A DNA stretch of 64,000 nt from Chiloscyllium plagiosum (GCF_004010195.1 NC_057728.1:41830844-41894843), one strand, 5' to 3'. Numbered from the stretch's first letter, positions 10,569 through 23,687 are shown. The notes: generated by a model not told the origin, from the sequence alone. Made by a program: numbers and translations.

Positions 10569-11702
10569 TAGAGTGTCTGGATCCGCTGATCAGGTGTTTC
10601 AGTTTCTGCTGTAGTTCTTTAGCCAGTTTGTGTGATGGTGTCCCTGGTGGTGATACTATGGGTCTGAGTGGGATGTCTGGTTTGTGTACTTTAGGTAATC
10701 CATAGAATTTGGGGTTGTTGTTGCTTTCCGGTTTCATTCTTTGTAGGTCGGCTCTGGTTATCTGTCCGTTTTTTTGTAGATTCCTTAGTGTGTTATTTAT
10801 CCTATTGGTGGGCTGTGGGGTGGGGTCAAACTCCCTCTTTTGGTAGGTGTTGGTATCTTCAAGTAGTTGTTGTGCTTTTTGGATGTAATCAGATTTTTCT
10901 AGGATGACCGTCATTCTGCCTTTATCTGCTGGTAGTATGATTATGTTCTTATCGTTTCTTAGTGATTTCAGTGCTACCCTCTCCTTGGTGTTGAGGTTAT
11001 GTGTTTGTCTTTTCCTTATTATCATAGGTACGACAGTTTGTCTCACTGTTTGTTATGTCTCTTCTGTCAGTCCATTGTTCCTGAGTGTGCATTCTAGTGC
11101 TGCTAGGAAGTCTGCTGTCTTGGCGTCCCTGTGGTTGTAGTTAAGTCCCCTGGCCAGTATTGTTCTTTCCGTGTTTGTTGAAGAAAGCAGCTCACTGCCA
11201 CCTTATCAAAGGCTTCTAGGAACAAGCAGTAAATGCTGGCCTAGCTAATGGTCTTCACATCCCATGAATGATTAAAAAAAAATGCTGTTTGTGAGAACTT
11301 GTGGTATACTGCTGCATATTTTATATCACAACAGTGACTAGGTGGATTGGCCATGCTAAATTGCCCTGTAGTATCAATAGGCACTTTCTGCACTATGGGA
11401 ATGGTATGATTATCTTGAGTTCACTGATGTATCATCGAGTTTGAATACATGAATTTAACAAATGAATACTATTTGACAAATAGCAACTGTTACTCAGATG
11501 GATGTGGGTATTCTTCTAAGCCTATTTCAGAAATTAATTTGCAGGTACAGCAAGCAACTGGGAAAGCAAATGGGTCTTTACTGCAAAGGGATTAGAATAT
11601 GACAGTGAACAAGTATCATAATAGGGTCACAGTGACAAAGACCTGGTGTACTGTATAGTTTTGGTCTGTTTACCTAAGAAGACACTGAATAATGAACATA
11701 GA

Positions 11703-11813
11703 CAGCATTCCCTCTGATGTGCCTTCTGGCCTCTAAGCCTTGTGCTGGTGCCGATTGGCCTGTGTGGAATGTCAGAGGGGCTGCAGCAGCCACACAGCTT
11801 AGAGAGTACATTG
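11703..11813. mobile_element. Short hAT-like MITE remnant
   Basis: Imperfect TIRs CAGCATTCCCTCTGA / TTAGAGAGTACATTG; 8-bp flanks AACATAGA / AACACAGG match at 6 of 8. Confidence 0.5.
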
Positions 11814-12074
11814 AACACAGGTGGGAAGATTTGTGACTTTCTTTATCCTTCGCAGCACAGAGTTGCAAGACCAATTGTACCATCTGTATCACTGACATAA
11901 TTTAACAAATTCCAGAGCAGGGATTAAAGCTAGGATCGTTATTGACTCTGTCTCTTGGCTCCACACTGCTCATTGTATTTACTCACCAATTCATGGGAAG
12001 AACCACAGCAAGGTGACTTAGCTGAAAGAAAACAGGAGGGCTAAGAAGAAAAGAAAGTTAGTCAATTGTTATAT

Positions 12075-12455
12075 TAGGACTGTATCTACTGAAGTTTAGA
12101 AGAATGAATGGTATCTCATAGAAATCTATAAGATTCTAATAGGACTGGACAAGGTAAGCACAGGAAAGGTGTTCCTGATGACCAGGGAATCAGAACCAGG
12201 GGTCATTGTCTAAGGAAATGGGGCAGGTCATTTAGGGCTGAGATGAGGAGAGAGTGTGAACCTGTGGAATTCTGTGGAGATCAAAATATTGAATGTTTTC
12301 AAGAAGGATTTATATATAGAATTTAGAGCTAAAGGGACTAATGGTTATGGGAAGAAAACAGGAAAAGATAACCAAGTTAAACGATCAGCCATGATCTTAT
12401 TGAATGACCGAGCAGGCCTGAAGGACTGAATGCCAATTCCTGCTCCTGTTTTCTG
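12075..12455 (+). mobile_element. CR1-group LINE 3' fragment (an upstream part lies at about 11500-11690)
   Basis: LGLYLLKFRRMN..LIEIYKILIGLDKV..RTRGH-like coding and 3' UTR. Confidence 0.75.
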
Positions 12456-15400
12456 AGGTTAATTGTACATATATTGCAGGTAAAATTCCTGCATATGGTG
12501 ATTTTGGTCCTTTGATCAGTACTTTCTTTAGGAAATACTGTTTTCATAATTTGCCATAATAGCGTTCAGGCCATTAGACTCGATGGATGGAATTTCATCA
12601 GCGATTCTCCTTTACCTCCACCCATCCTTCACCACATCTACTGACCATGGGGTTACCATCGAGCTTCTGCTGACGATATGGTGCCCGAGGTGGAGAAGCC
12701 CCTAAAGAAATTTTAAAGTGTTATTCAGCCACTGCTGTGTTTAGGGTCATGCAAAATGGAAGATTCAAGAAAAAAACTTGGAAGGAGTTGAATGTGTTTT
12801 TGAAAGGTCAAGACTGCCGATAAAGAATAGTAGTAAAGTGTAATGAACCCAATGAGAAAATATTAAATTTGAATGGTGCAACATCTGGTTGCTGCTGTGG
12901 AACCTACACCAGCAATCTCATAATTCAGGAGTAGCTTTGATTCAGAGGAACTTGATTCATTTAGAGTTGCAAAGGTTTTAAATGATGGAACCTCAAAACA
13001 AATATTTCAAATTCTCACTTAAAAACATCTTATTTTTATTGTTGTTTCTGATTTGTTAGAGATTATTTTCGTATTATGATTACAGTATAACTCATTGTGC
13101 ACGGTCATTTGATTAACTCACCTTGTGAGGAAAACTGTTTATTTTTGTACTTCAATTGCTTTACGTCCACAAATAATAATTAAATGACAAAGCCCTTATT
13201 TAATGGAAGTAAGTTAAGAAGTGTTTTGTTAAAGGCAATGAATAAAAATCATTCATTTAACAAGTCTGTTAATCAATAAAATTCCATGCAAATTAAAATG
13301 CTTTACTGTTTCAAAGCAATTCCTAAAGCATGTCACCCTGCTCAGATATGATAAAAGATACTGAGCTGAACAACTTACTAAAATAATGTTCGAGCAGCGC
13401 TTTTAAAACCAATGTCTTTGCAATTAAAATAAATGAACTTAACTGCCATGCTATTATTTAAGAAGTACAAAAATTTCTGAATACTTTCGTTTCATTTTCG
13501 CTTCATTTTTCACTCCAGTTTTGATTACAAAGAGGGCTGTTCTATGAATAGGCTGGATGCCTCAAGGCAAGATGGCATTAACTGTGACCTCTGCTCCTCT
13601 GCTGAATTCCTACCCAGCTGGAAAGCAATGCCTCAGGAAAGGGTTAGTGCACTGATGGCCAGACCTGCTGGGTCTGGGCCTGTTAACCTGCCAAGGAAGT
13701 AAGCAGCTTGAAGGCCCTTTCGCCTTCTGAATTATCTTGGATTAGCTGGCAGACCTGGTAAGTTTTACCATCACTTGTGAAGACATGGATTTAATTAATT
13801 TTATGTAGCCTTTGTATAATAATGTTTCAGATAAAATTTTTAAAACAAAATGTGTTTACTGTGTGACTTTTGGAGGGATAAGAAGAAAATTAATGAGATA
13901 AACCTTCTAAAAAATGCCGTGTTCTGCAAGATCAAGAAGGTTATAATTATTTTTTGTAGTTGCTTGGAATTTGTTGTTCAGAAATAATCAAACAGATCCT
14001 GGTTACAACAGAAACTGTATGCAAAGACGGACACTTATCTTCCTTCTTAGCATTACAGAATTTCAACAAGGCTTGTTAGGCTTTCATTGAGAAGAATCAA
14101 GATTCCTGATAGCTGTGATTAGTGACTATTATCGGATGTGGAGTTGTGGGCACCATGCTGTTTGTTTAGTTACGAACAATACTAGTGTGTAAGAAGGCTT
14201 ACTTCCCAAAAGTCTAATGATTGATACCCACAACAATGGTGAGAGAAATGTAGGAAGTGATATTTTATATGGTTAATTGCAAGCCTGCATAAGAGGTAAG
14301 ATGGTATTAATCATTTTTTTCCTAAAGATTGAGCAGAAAGAGCAGCTTTCCTTGCATGGTATTTTATTTTCAAGATAAGGCTTGTTATAAGGTCCGACTT
14401 AACTGAGTTGCGATAGCTGCTTGAAATAGTACAATTTTACTAAATGCTGTATAAGGGCAATAGACACTATAGTGCTCTGTGACGGTGTCTGATATTGGTC
14501 ATAAGGTGCCTATATTGTAGGGTGCCATAATTTCCCATTCTGTAATCTGAAATTTTTGCCACATTGCTAAATTTTATACAATTCAATTAGTTTGAGATAT
14601 CAGATCTTTTGTGAAGATGATTCTGCTGTTAAAGTTAGCTGAACATATTTGGATACCTGCATTTTCAAAGGAACCGGATGGAATTCCAAACCCCAGTTGA
14701 TAGTTCAATAGATGCTGGTTTATTATATTTGGAAGGGCTATGTGTCATACATAGTATTTTGTATCACTAAAAGTGCATGACCACAGCCAGAAATGGATGG
14801 GGAGCTTAAAGTTACAGCTACGATTTACAAATCTTTGTACAATGAGTTGAAGGTGAATTAGAGATAATAGATTTTACAAGAGACAGTTTTCTATAAATGT
14901 CAAGAGTTGTATATCCCCATTCTATGCTGAATTATATGCATTATTCAGATGCCATTGAGAAAATGAGATGACATCTTAAGCCAGTTTAATCTACTGCTCT
15001 AAAGGACATATGCCAGATTTATGTCATCATCATTTTCAGGCATATTTAGTTGTCAGGGAGATTTTGGATTTTTTCAGCTAAATATAAGATACAATGTGAG
15101 AAAAATAGCACAGGGTTATCCTTCGATTAGCTCATGGAATTGATTTCTCATACAAGGTATTTGTCATGCAAACAAAGTTTATCAAGTTCCATTATACGTT
15201 TGTTCTTGCACAGAGAGCTGGATCTGTGTGGAGTTCCTCTCTGAAGAAAAAACAAGCTTCATCAGTCGGAACTAGTATGCACAGACAGACTGCACAGTAA
15301 GTCACCACTTCTTTAGACCTTTCGTGAGGTTAATAAAATATCCCAAGTTCTTAAATGAAGAGCTTATTTTGCCAACTTCTGGTTGTAGAATATGAACCAG

Positions 15401-16266
15401 GAAGCAGTGCATGTTAGAGAACCAATGGGAATAACTTAGCTGAAGTGAATATATTCCTTAAGGAACACAGGAAGTCCTTGCACTCTTAGAGATGCTGGAT
15501 GTCAAAGTCTGTGTTTACAGACTGTGTGGTCGCTTACTTCACATATTCTATTTCTAATTTTATTTTAGATTCCAGACAGCTTTCTTACTGGCTTCCTTAA
15601 AATAATTTGCATAGCTTTAGCTTTATGAGCTTGGATGCCTGAAAACTTGCCAAAAATAACAGCTCATTTGTTGTGTTTTTTAAAATACAGTAATAAGGAT
15701 TTTGTTGATTTAAAGATGTCCTGGCTTACATGCACAGAAAGACTTGTGACATTTGTCTGTAACTAAACCTGTTTCTCAATTACAGGGCAATGGTACTTCT
15801 CTTGAAGTGATATCTGGATAGGGAATTAACCTTGAGTAATTGTAATATTTGATCCTTTGCAGAGTAGTGATTCCTCATTTCTTGAATGAGCTCATTGGCT
15901 TTGGCAAGAACCACAGGATAAAAACAATTATTGTATGCAATCCCTCTGGAGATGAAAAATAATGGAATCTGAAAATTAAAAGCCCCAGTCGTGTTTTGTT
16001 ACATTATGGTCTCTCAAGTGTGGTGTAATTTTCAGACAATTTAATGAAAAATCAAAATATTTTGTCAATACTAAAAATATTGCTGTAGTATAAAGTATCA
16101 ATATGTATTGCCTCAGTGTCAATTGTGTGGGTACAAGAATTCGATTGAGCTTTTACTTTGAGGGGGCATTGCGTACTTGACCATGGAAAGGAGGTGCTTC
16201 AGGCAACTTCAAACATGTTAAGGAAATAGCAAATAAATAACCTGAATATCTGGGTGTGAGGGTCAA

Positions 16267-18482
16267 TTTTATTTTATTCATTCACGGGTACCAGTGCTGC
16301 TGACAAAATCAGCATTTTGTCCTTCTCTAAATGCTCATGAGAAGATAGTGAGACCTTTCCTGAACTACTGCAATTCTGTGGTCTAGGCATATACACAGTG
16401 CTATTAGGAAGGAAATTCTGAATTATTGACCTCGTGACAATGAAGGATATGCAAAATAGTTCCAAATTAGAAAAACGTGTGGCTCTGAAGGAAACTTGCA
16501 GTTAGGGGTGATATCATAAATCTTCTGCCCTTATCCTTTTAGATGGTGAAAATTGTGGGTTTGGAAGGTGCTGTTAAAGGAGATTTATCTCGTACTACTT
16601 GTAGATATTACGTACTACTGCCACTCTATGCTAGTGGTGGAGGGAATGAGTATTTCAGCTAATATGAGAGGTTCTGATCAAGCAGCCTAGGAATAGTTTC
16701 AAACTCTTGAGTGTTGCTGGAGCTGGATTCATCCAGATAAGTGAAGAATATTCCATCTTGACATGTACTTTATAGATGGAGAACATGCTTTTAGGAAATC
16801 AGGCTGTGAGTTACTCATTGCAGAATTCCCAGTCTCTGATCTGTTTTCCTAGCCATACAGATGGACTAGTGATGTTTATGATTATGATAACCCTCAGGAA
16901 ATTGATGGTAGAGGATTCAGTGTTGGTAATGCTATTGGAGGGCTAGGGGAGATAATTAGATTCTCTCTTGTGTAAGATGGTCATTGCCTGTCACTACAAG
17001 ACATGACTATTACTTGTCATTTATCGTACCAAGCAGAAGAATCATTTGTCCAAGGAGAAAGTGAGGACTGCAGATGCTGGAGATCAGAGTCGAAAAGTGT
17101 GGCGCTGGAAAAGCAGATCAGGCAGCATTCGATGAGCATGAAAATTGATGTTTTGGGCATAAGCCCTTCATCAATGTTGTCTGAGTCTTTCTGCATGCAG
17201 GCATAGATTTCTTCAGTACCTGGGGAGCAGTAAATCATGCAAACATTGTGCAAACATCAATGAAGATCACTAATGGAGCAGCTGAAAGTTGGGCCTAGGA
17301 CACTGTCCTGTCAAACTCCTGCTGTGATATCTTGGGATCTAAGATGATTGATCTTCTACAACCATAACCATCTTCACTTGTGCTAGGCATGACTCCCTCC
17401 AGTGAAGGGATTTCCCCAAATTCCCATTGAATTACTAGAATCATTTGATGTCGTACTCAATCAGATACTGACAAGGACAATCGCTTTCACACTGCCTCTT
17501 GACTTCAGCTCTTTCTTCCATGTTTGAACAAATGTTGCAAATATGTCTGGAGCTGAAAGGTTCTGGCATAAAACCAAAGTGAAAGTTGATGATCATTTTG
17601 TTGCTGAGCAAGTGCTGTTTGATAATACTTTCTTTTTCTGACAACTGAATAATAGTATGACTTGTCTGGATAAGACTTTGCCTATCTTTTGTGGACAGGG
17701 CATACTTGGGAAATCTTCTACATTGCTGGGTAAATGCCAGTGTTGTAGCTATATTTGAAAGGCTTGGTAGAGATGTGGCTAGTTCTGGGCATAATTCTTT
17801 CAGCAGAATGCTGTCAGGGTCCATATAGCCTTTATTGTTTCCAGCCTGGACTGTCCTTATAGGGACAAAGTTCCATCTTTATATTGAGGATACCCTTCAT
17901 CATGTTGTTTGGTACTACATCTATGGTAAATGAGAAAGATTCAGTCCAGGTTTTGCAGCTCAAAACTGTGGGCCATCATTACCAGAAGAATTGCATTCCA
18001 CCAAAATCTGTAATCTCATGGCCTATCATATTCCTCAAACCACCACTACCATTAAAAGAGAGGTCAACCTTGATTCAACAGGAAGTGTGGGAGAGCATGC
18101 TACAGGCAGCGCTAAGCATATCTAAAAATGAAGTAGCAACGTGATAAGGTTGTGTTACAGGACTACAGACATGCTAAAACAAGAAAGCAACATGTGGTAG
18201 ACAGAACTAAAGGTAAAACGATCAGTGAATCAGATCAAACTCCTTCTACCAGTTAGTGTGGTTCTGGTCAATTAAACAATCTGCAGGGGGAGGTGGCTCC
18301 ACAAGTATTTGCATCTTCTATGATGATGGAGTCCAGTATGTTAGTGCAAAAGTCAAGGCTAAAACATTTGCAACCACCGTCAGCCATATGTTAAGTGGAT
18401 GCAAAAGTCTCCTTCCCATCATTAGAAATGGCCAGTCTTCAATCCGTTTGATACACTCTACGTGATATCAAGAATTGGCTGT
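16267..18482 (-). mobile_element. CR1-group LINE (same family as 61245-63843) with inverted 5' segment at about 17880-18482
   Basis: 3' tail at 16267-16340; RT motifs (DPDSILLKELCPELA, QDSVLGP) on minus strand to about 17845; plus-strand segment 17880-18482 covers the immediately upstream part of ORF2. Confidence 0.8.
17053..17173 (-). mobile_element. Short Penelope-derived fragment with degenerate hammerhead
   Basis: Reverse complement TTGATGAAGGGCTTATGCCCAAAACATC..CCAGCATCTGCAGTCCTCACTTTCTCC; same family as 33843-33937 and 49299-49405. Confidence 0.75.
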
Positions 18483-19789
18483 AACAGAGCTTATGAAGAG
18501 GAGAAGTAACATTAACTTACTCAGGTGGGGGTCTTTGGCAATTTTCATCTGTGTTGAACATAAAAAAAATGCTGAGTATTTTTGGCACACAATTCAGATT
18601 TTGAATATAGTTTGTCCTTATTAATTCAGTCACTTGCACTAAAAATTCCAATTATAATAATTCAAATGATGCAACATACTTTACATAGCCACAGGCTGAA
18701 TATCTTAAATAATTCAAATTAACAGACTTCTGATTACTAAGTAGATATCATTTCCAGAAATTCAGTCACTGACAGGTATTGTATCATTACATATTTATTT
18801 GCCATTATGTAGCATCAGCAAAAATTTCCTTCTAAAGTTTGTTTCTAGTGTGCACTTTATATATTTTTAACTGTAAATAGTGAGTTCACTGGAATGGACG
18901 AGCATCTTTGCCCATGTAAATATTCTTGTAAAAGGTTCAGCAACCCTAATATTGGTACAAGTTTCAATGTAACATTTAAGAGATTTCGTAATAAATTTGT
19001 TATAGCAATGGGATTCATCTAATTCATAAAGGACTGTTGTTCAAGTGCAAGGGGAATTCATATTCAGTCTAGTGCTTTAAGAATACCTTATGAAGGAGTA
19101 AACTATGTGATGGACCTCATTGACATCAGGAATGCTGTAGCCTTGGTCTCTGTGAGAACAGCAGCTGATAGCCACTTGCTTTGGAGATGTGTTTATGTAC
19201 AGGGGAGATGTTTGGTGTCAGGCAGAGAGCAAAGAGATAAAGGCTGCAAGTAACAGGCTGTTATAGCAGTTCTATCCACTTCTTGGTTATGACTGAGTAT
19301 TGAACTTTAAATAAATATTGATGGAAAATATGGCATTCCCCTTGCATAGCTGATTGTTTGGAATGTGGTGGTATACAAAGAAGGAATTTTAACGCCTCTG
19401 ATTCGGGCTGGTAGTAGTGACGCTTGATAGCCCGCTGCTGAAGCCCTATGTTAATTTGAGCCACCCACAGTGAGTGCATTCAAATCCACAGAAAAAGCTG
19501 CAGTCTACTTGTCACTAAATACCTTTGTTAATTGTAAAAGCAGCCTGGTTATGACGGTGCCCTTTCAGAAACATTCCATGGTACTCTTCATGGCAACGAG
19601 AACATGACAGATTTCTTTTGCTATAAAAACTGGCTCTTAATGCTCATTAGTTTCTCCATATATCTTTTATTATTTAATTGTCATCACATTTATTACTCTT
19701 CAAAAGTTTTAAACCAACAAATTTAGGCAAACATCAAATGATAAGGCAACTTTTTGATTTACAGTAACAATGATTATTTGTATGCATCA

Positions 19790-20235
19790 ACTTATAGGGC
19801 ATCTTTAATGTATTAAAATATTGCAAGGTATTTTACTAACTCTAAGCCACATAAAATAAGGACAGACAAACAAAAGTTTGGCCAAAGAGGTAGGTTTTAA
19901 GAAGTGTCTAAAAGGCGGAAGGAAAGGTAGAAACGTAGATGAATGCAGATATCTCAGAAGGTTGTGGGGTTGGATTTTACAGTGATGAGAAGGTAAGGTC
20001 TGAAGAGGGATTCAAAGTCAAGAATGAGAATTTTAAATTTTGTGTGTTGCTTGGGATACCAAAGTGCATAGCTGATGGGTCAAAGCACCTGGAGTGGGTT
20101 AAGACTGGGGGCAGCAAAGTTTTGAGTGACCTCAAGTTTAGGGAGGATAGAATGGGTGAGGTTGGCCAGCAGTTCATTGGAATATTCACGATTCAAAGCA
20201 ATAAAGTCATGGACAAGGTCTTAACCGTTGCATGA
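19790..20235 (-). mobile_element. L2-like LINE 3' fragment
   Basis: Degenerate EYSNELLANL..KLEVTQNFAAPVLT C-terminal motif and 3' UTR. Confidence 0.6.
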
Positions 20236-20319
20236 GTAGGTCTGATCTAATTATCGGATCTGATTAGAAACATTATTGATGCAACGCCAGTGAGTAAAAT
20301 CTGGTCAGGTTCATACTTT

Positions 20320-20790
20320 GAACAGATACTTCCTAAGAGCGTTGCTAATCAGAGGAGGTTTAACCCCTATGTTAAGCTCAGAACTACCTGTCTTTTTGTT
20401 ATGATTGTCTTGAATATATGTTCATTTTCTCAGCACCACTCCTTTCCCCATGAGGGATATGAGGTTGTGCAGTCTTGTCTTGAGTGTATCTCTGCTGTAT
20501 TTCAGAATTTCAGTATGGATTCCATCTGCCCAAGAAACTTGCTTTTCAGCCTTTGAATAGCCTTTTCAACTTTGTTTTGATCTGGAATGATTCCAAGGCT
20601 GATCCAGATGGGGTTTTAAGGAGTGGAGTTGAGTGCATCCAAGACAAAGACAGATCCTGGATGAGGAAGTCTTCAAATATTCTCTCCAGTGAGCAGTATT
20701 TGGTTCCCTACTGTTGATAGACCTTTGTCCTTGCTTGTCTTGAGTGCTTGGCCCTTAGATTGTCTTGATACTGAAAATGAAATTGTGTTT
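20320..20790 (-). mobile_element. RTE-clade LINE fragment
   Basis: HWREYLK..., ADGIHTEILKYSRDTLKTRLHNLISL motif typical of RTE RT domain 0/1. Confidence 0.6.
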
Positions 20791-21080
20791 GCATGGTGGC
20801 TCAGTGGTTAGCACTGCTGCTTCACAGCACCAGGGACCTGGGTTTGATTCCAGGTGACTGTGTGGAGTTTGCGCATTCTTCCTGTGTCTGCATGGGTTTG
20901 CTCCCACAGTCCAAAGATGTGCAGGTTAGGTGAATTGGCCATGCTAAATTGCCCATAGTGTTCAGGGATGTGTAAATTAGGTGCATTATTTATGGGAGTG
21001 GGTCTGGGTGGTTAACTCTTCGGAGGGTTGGTGTGGACTTGTTGGGCCAAATGGCTTGTTTCCACACTGTATGTAAGGAT
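20791..21080 (+). mobile_element. V-SINE (HE1-like)
   Basis: GCATGGTGGCTCAGTGGTTAGCACTGCTGC head, V-domain, CR1-type tail GTTTCCACACTGTA. Confidence 0.9.
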
Positions 21081-22798
21081 TTTGAAAAAACAGTTGGTGT
21101 CCACAAGTTGTGGATCTCCCTACTCTTTCTAACTAACATTTGATCTTTATGATGTGAGTTTATGCTATTCACAGCTTTCAGCCATCTGTAGGTGCTGCTT
21201 TTCTATTGAGGTGTGTGAAGTTTGATAACATACCTTAGAAGCAGTGAAAGAGTTAACAGTGAAATAATATAAGTGCAGTATCCATTGTATGTCAAACAAA
21301 ACAGTGTCAATCAATAAGAGAGTTATCAATGAAAGGTGGAGGTGCAAGTACTGATCTAGAAACTTTAACAGGAGGTTGGACTTTTAATGATTGCTATCTC
21401 TGACCTTCAGACTGTGTACCACAAATGTAGCCATATGTGTCTAGCTGTTGTATATTACAAATGTTAAGGTTCAGACCTTCACAACCATCAAAGCTCTGAC
21501 CTCCATTTATTGTGTGAAGCACTATGACTAAAAGATAATTGATTTAGTTTGTAAATTCAAGGATAAACAGCGTATAGAAAGATCCCTTGAATATAAGACA
21601 AAAAGTAAATAATGTGAATACTTTGCACTTGTGACAAACTCCAGATTTATTTATTACTCCCTTCTCAAGGACACATGGGGCCCTACTGCCATACTTTTAC
21701 TACCACAAATTACAGCTTCAATGGCTTTCACAGCATCAGTCAAAAGGTAATAATTTTTTTAGCTTTTTTTTGGTTTACTTTTAAGTGGGCCATGCAAAAG
21801 CATTGCTCAAAAGTGATATTGCAGACATAATGTTCTCATTTGATGCAGTTGGCATATTTTGTAGGGATACTTATAGAAGACCTACAGATAAAAAGTGGTT
21901 TATTGTATTTTTGTCCCCCGTGGAGATGTTGCCATTATTTTAATGTGCTGTATAATTTGATGCAAATTAAGACTCAAATATGGTTGGAGGGTTTACTGTT
22001 AATTGCAAATAGCTGTAAATAGGTATGTAAGCTTAGAAACAGATCCCATCAGTGCAAATCTTAAAATGATAATTGAATAGCTTGTTCTCTGGCTTTTAAA
22101 TGATAGAATCAATGATCCTTTAGCAACAGAAAAGGTAGTCCAATGATCCTGATGTTGGGCAAGAATTGGACTTGTCCATACTTTAAAACAGACTTGTTAG
22201 ATGGTTGAACTTGAATGGTTTTGATGTTTTGACTACCACGTGACAGAATCTCCAAGCAGTAGTTGAGTATTACACCTCAGAAAGAAGGAGAAAAAGTAGA
22301 TTCAGTATTTTGCTGCACATAACTGAACAACTTGGCTGCTAGCTACAGGGTGGGATTGGTTGCATCTACAATGAAATCTGCAATCTTGTCCACCAGAGGG
22401 AGAGGAGTTTGTTTAATGGCAATTGGGACCTGGGATATAAAATGATACTAAAGAGAGCACAAGTATTTATTACCTGTGTTTAAAATTGTCTTGTATAATG
22501 ACTGGCTAAACTTTACTTTGCAGACATTTTGAAAACTGTACTTCTAAAAGGCTCTAGTCACATTTAAAACAGAAATACAACAAAATTAAATTTTGCTTTT
22601 TACCGGAGGAAATGTTCAGCTGACTCTGATAATATTCACATTCAGTCATAAATGCAAACTGAAGTTGCACTTTGAGTGGACGATGAAAGTCCCCCAATGA
22701 GTAAATTTGCTCATAACACACACAGAGCTTTGCTATTTTTGCAATCCATAGTGCTAATGCTATGCTTCAGTGAAGCCTAATACAGAGCATTGAGGAAC

Positions 22799-23116
22799 TG
22801 TGGTTTACTGAGAGACAAAGCACTGAATGATGTCAGAAAGAACACAGGCCACAGTGTGAAAGATTTGTAGGTTACTTAGCTCTGCATGTCACAAGTTAGT
22901 TTATTTTTTTTTGGAGAAAACCACAGCTCATGAGCAATATATCTGGTTTGTATCACAGGTTAATGTGGTTGAGAAACAAAAGTACTGAAAATTAATAAGC
23001 TTAAAGTGGTGGTGCTGCTTGTAACCCCAAATGACCTGAGGTCATGTGATGTCACAAAAATCATTTCCAGGTGGAAAACAAACAACCACAAATAAACCAT
23101 TGGTACACAGACCACA
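22799..23116. promoter_or_regulatory. Candidate enhancer: RUNX motif cluster with a nuclear-receptor palindrome
   Basis: Five RUNX consensus matches (22799, 22919, 22964, 23084, 23110), ATGACCTGAGGTCAT at 23031-23045, two TGATGTCA; lies in a repeat-poor block. Motif evidence only. Confidence 0.35.
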
Positions 23117-23687
23117 CATGCCGTATCACATTTAATTTGTTAGTAGGGTTGCTTTCTCTTAAATGGTTAAACAACCTAAATCTTCAAAGGGACAAAGATA
23201 CTGATTACTAGAGAATGAATCACTTACTAAAAGGTACAGGAAATGTTAACCTCTTGAGGCTTGGGCTAGCACTTTTGCTACAACTTAACAAACAAGGCAA
23301 TGTCAAACATTTTAATTTAATAAAAATGCTAAACATTCCACATATCTGTAAACGAATCTGTTAGAAAAATAAAAGTTTCCTTTGGTAATGTAAAGAAATT
23401 AACCCCTGGGAGTGTTATGGGAATTCAGCACAGAAAGAGTTAATTATTCTTGTCTACACTATCATTCTGAGTGGCAGAGCCATTTATTTAGATCCAGCCA
23501 AACTCTGGGCATTTTTTGACATTAAACAAGCATTCTTATTCTCTGGTTTTTGAATAGACTGTTTGTTTATGCAGCATTTTCATGTAGAAATTGAGTGGTG
23601 TTCACTGCCATGCTTTTGGAATCCACTTAATCAGATCAGAATACAGGTCACACTCTACACACCAATTACAAGAACAGATCAACAGAG

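Larger units (their letters stand above)
9559..11178 (-). mobile_element. Penelope-like retroelement (RT N-terminus plus GIY-YIG endonuclease), RT core replaced
   Basis: IIILPADKGRMTVI, FYGLPKVHKPDIPLRPIVS, HYIGQTGRQL..IHEH, REFLEAWHS; flanked by the 10-bp direct repeat TGAAGAAAGC at 9549-9558 and 11179-11188. Confidence 0.92.

Noticed and set aside
20791..20860. tRNA genes at the A/B-box sequences
   Set aside because: All are SINE heads continuing into V-domain or LINE-derived bodies, with no full cloverleaf
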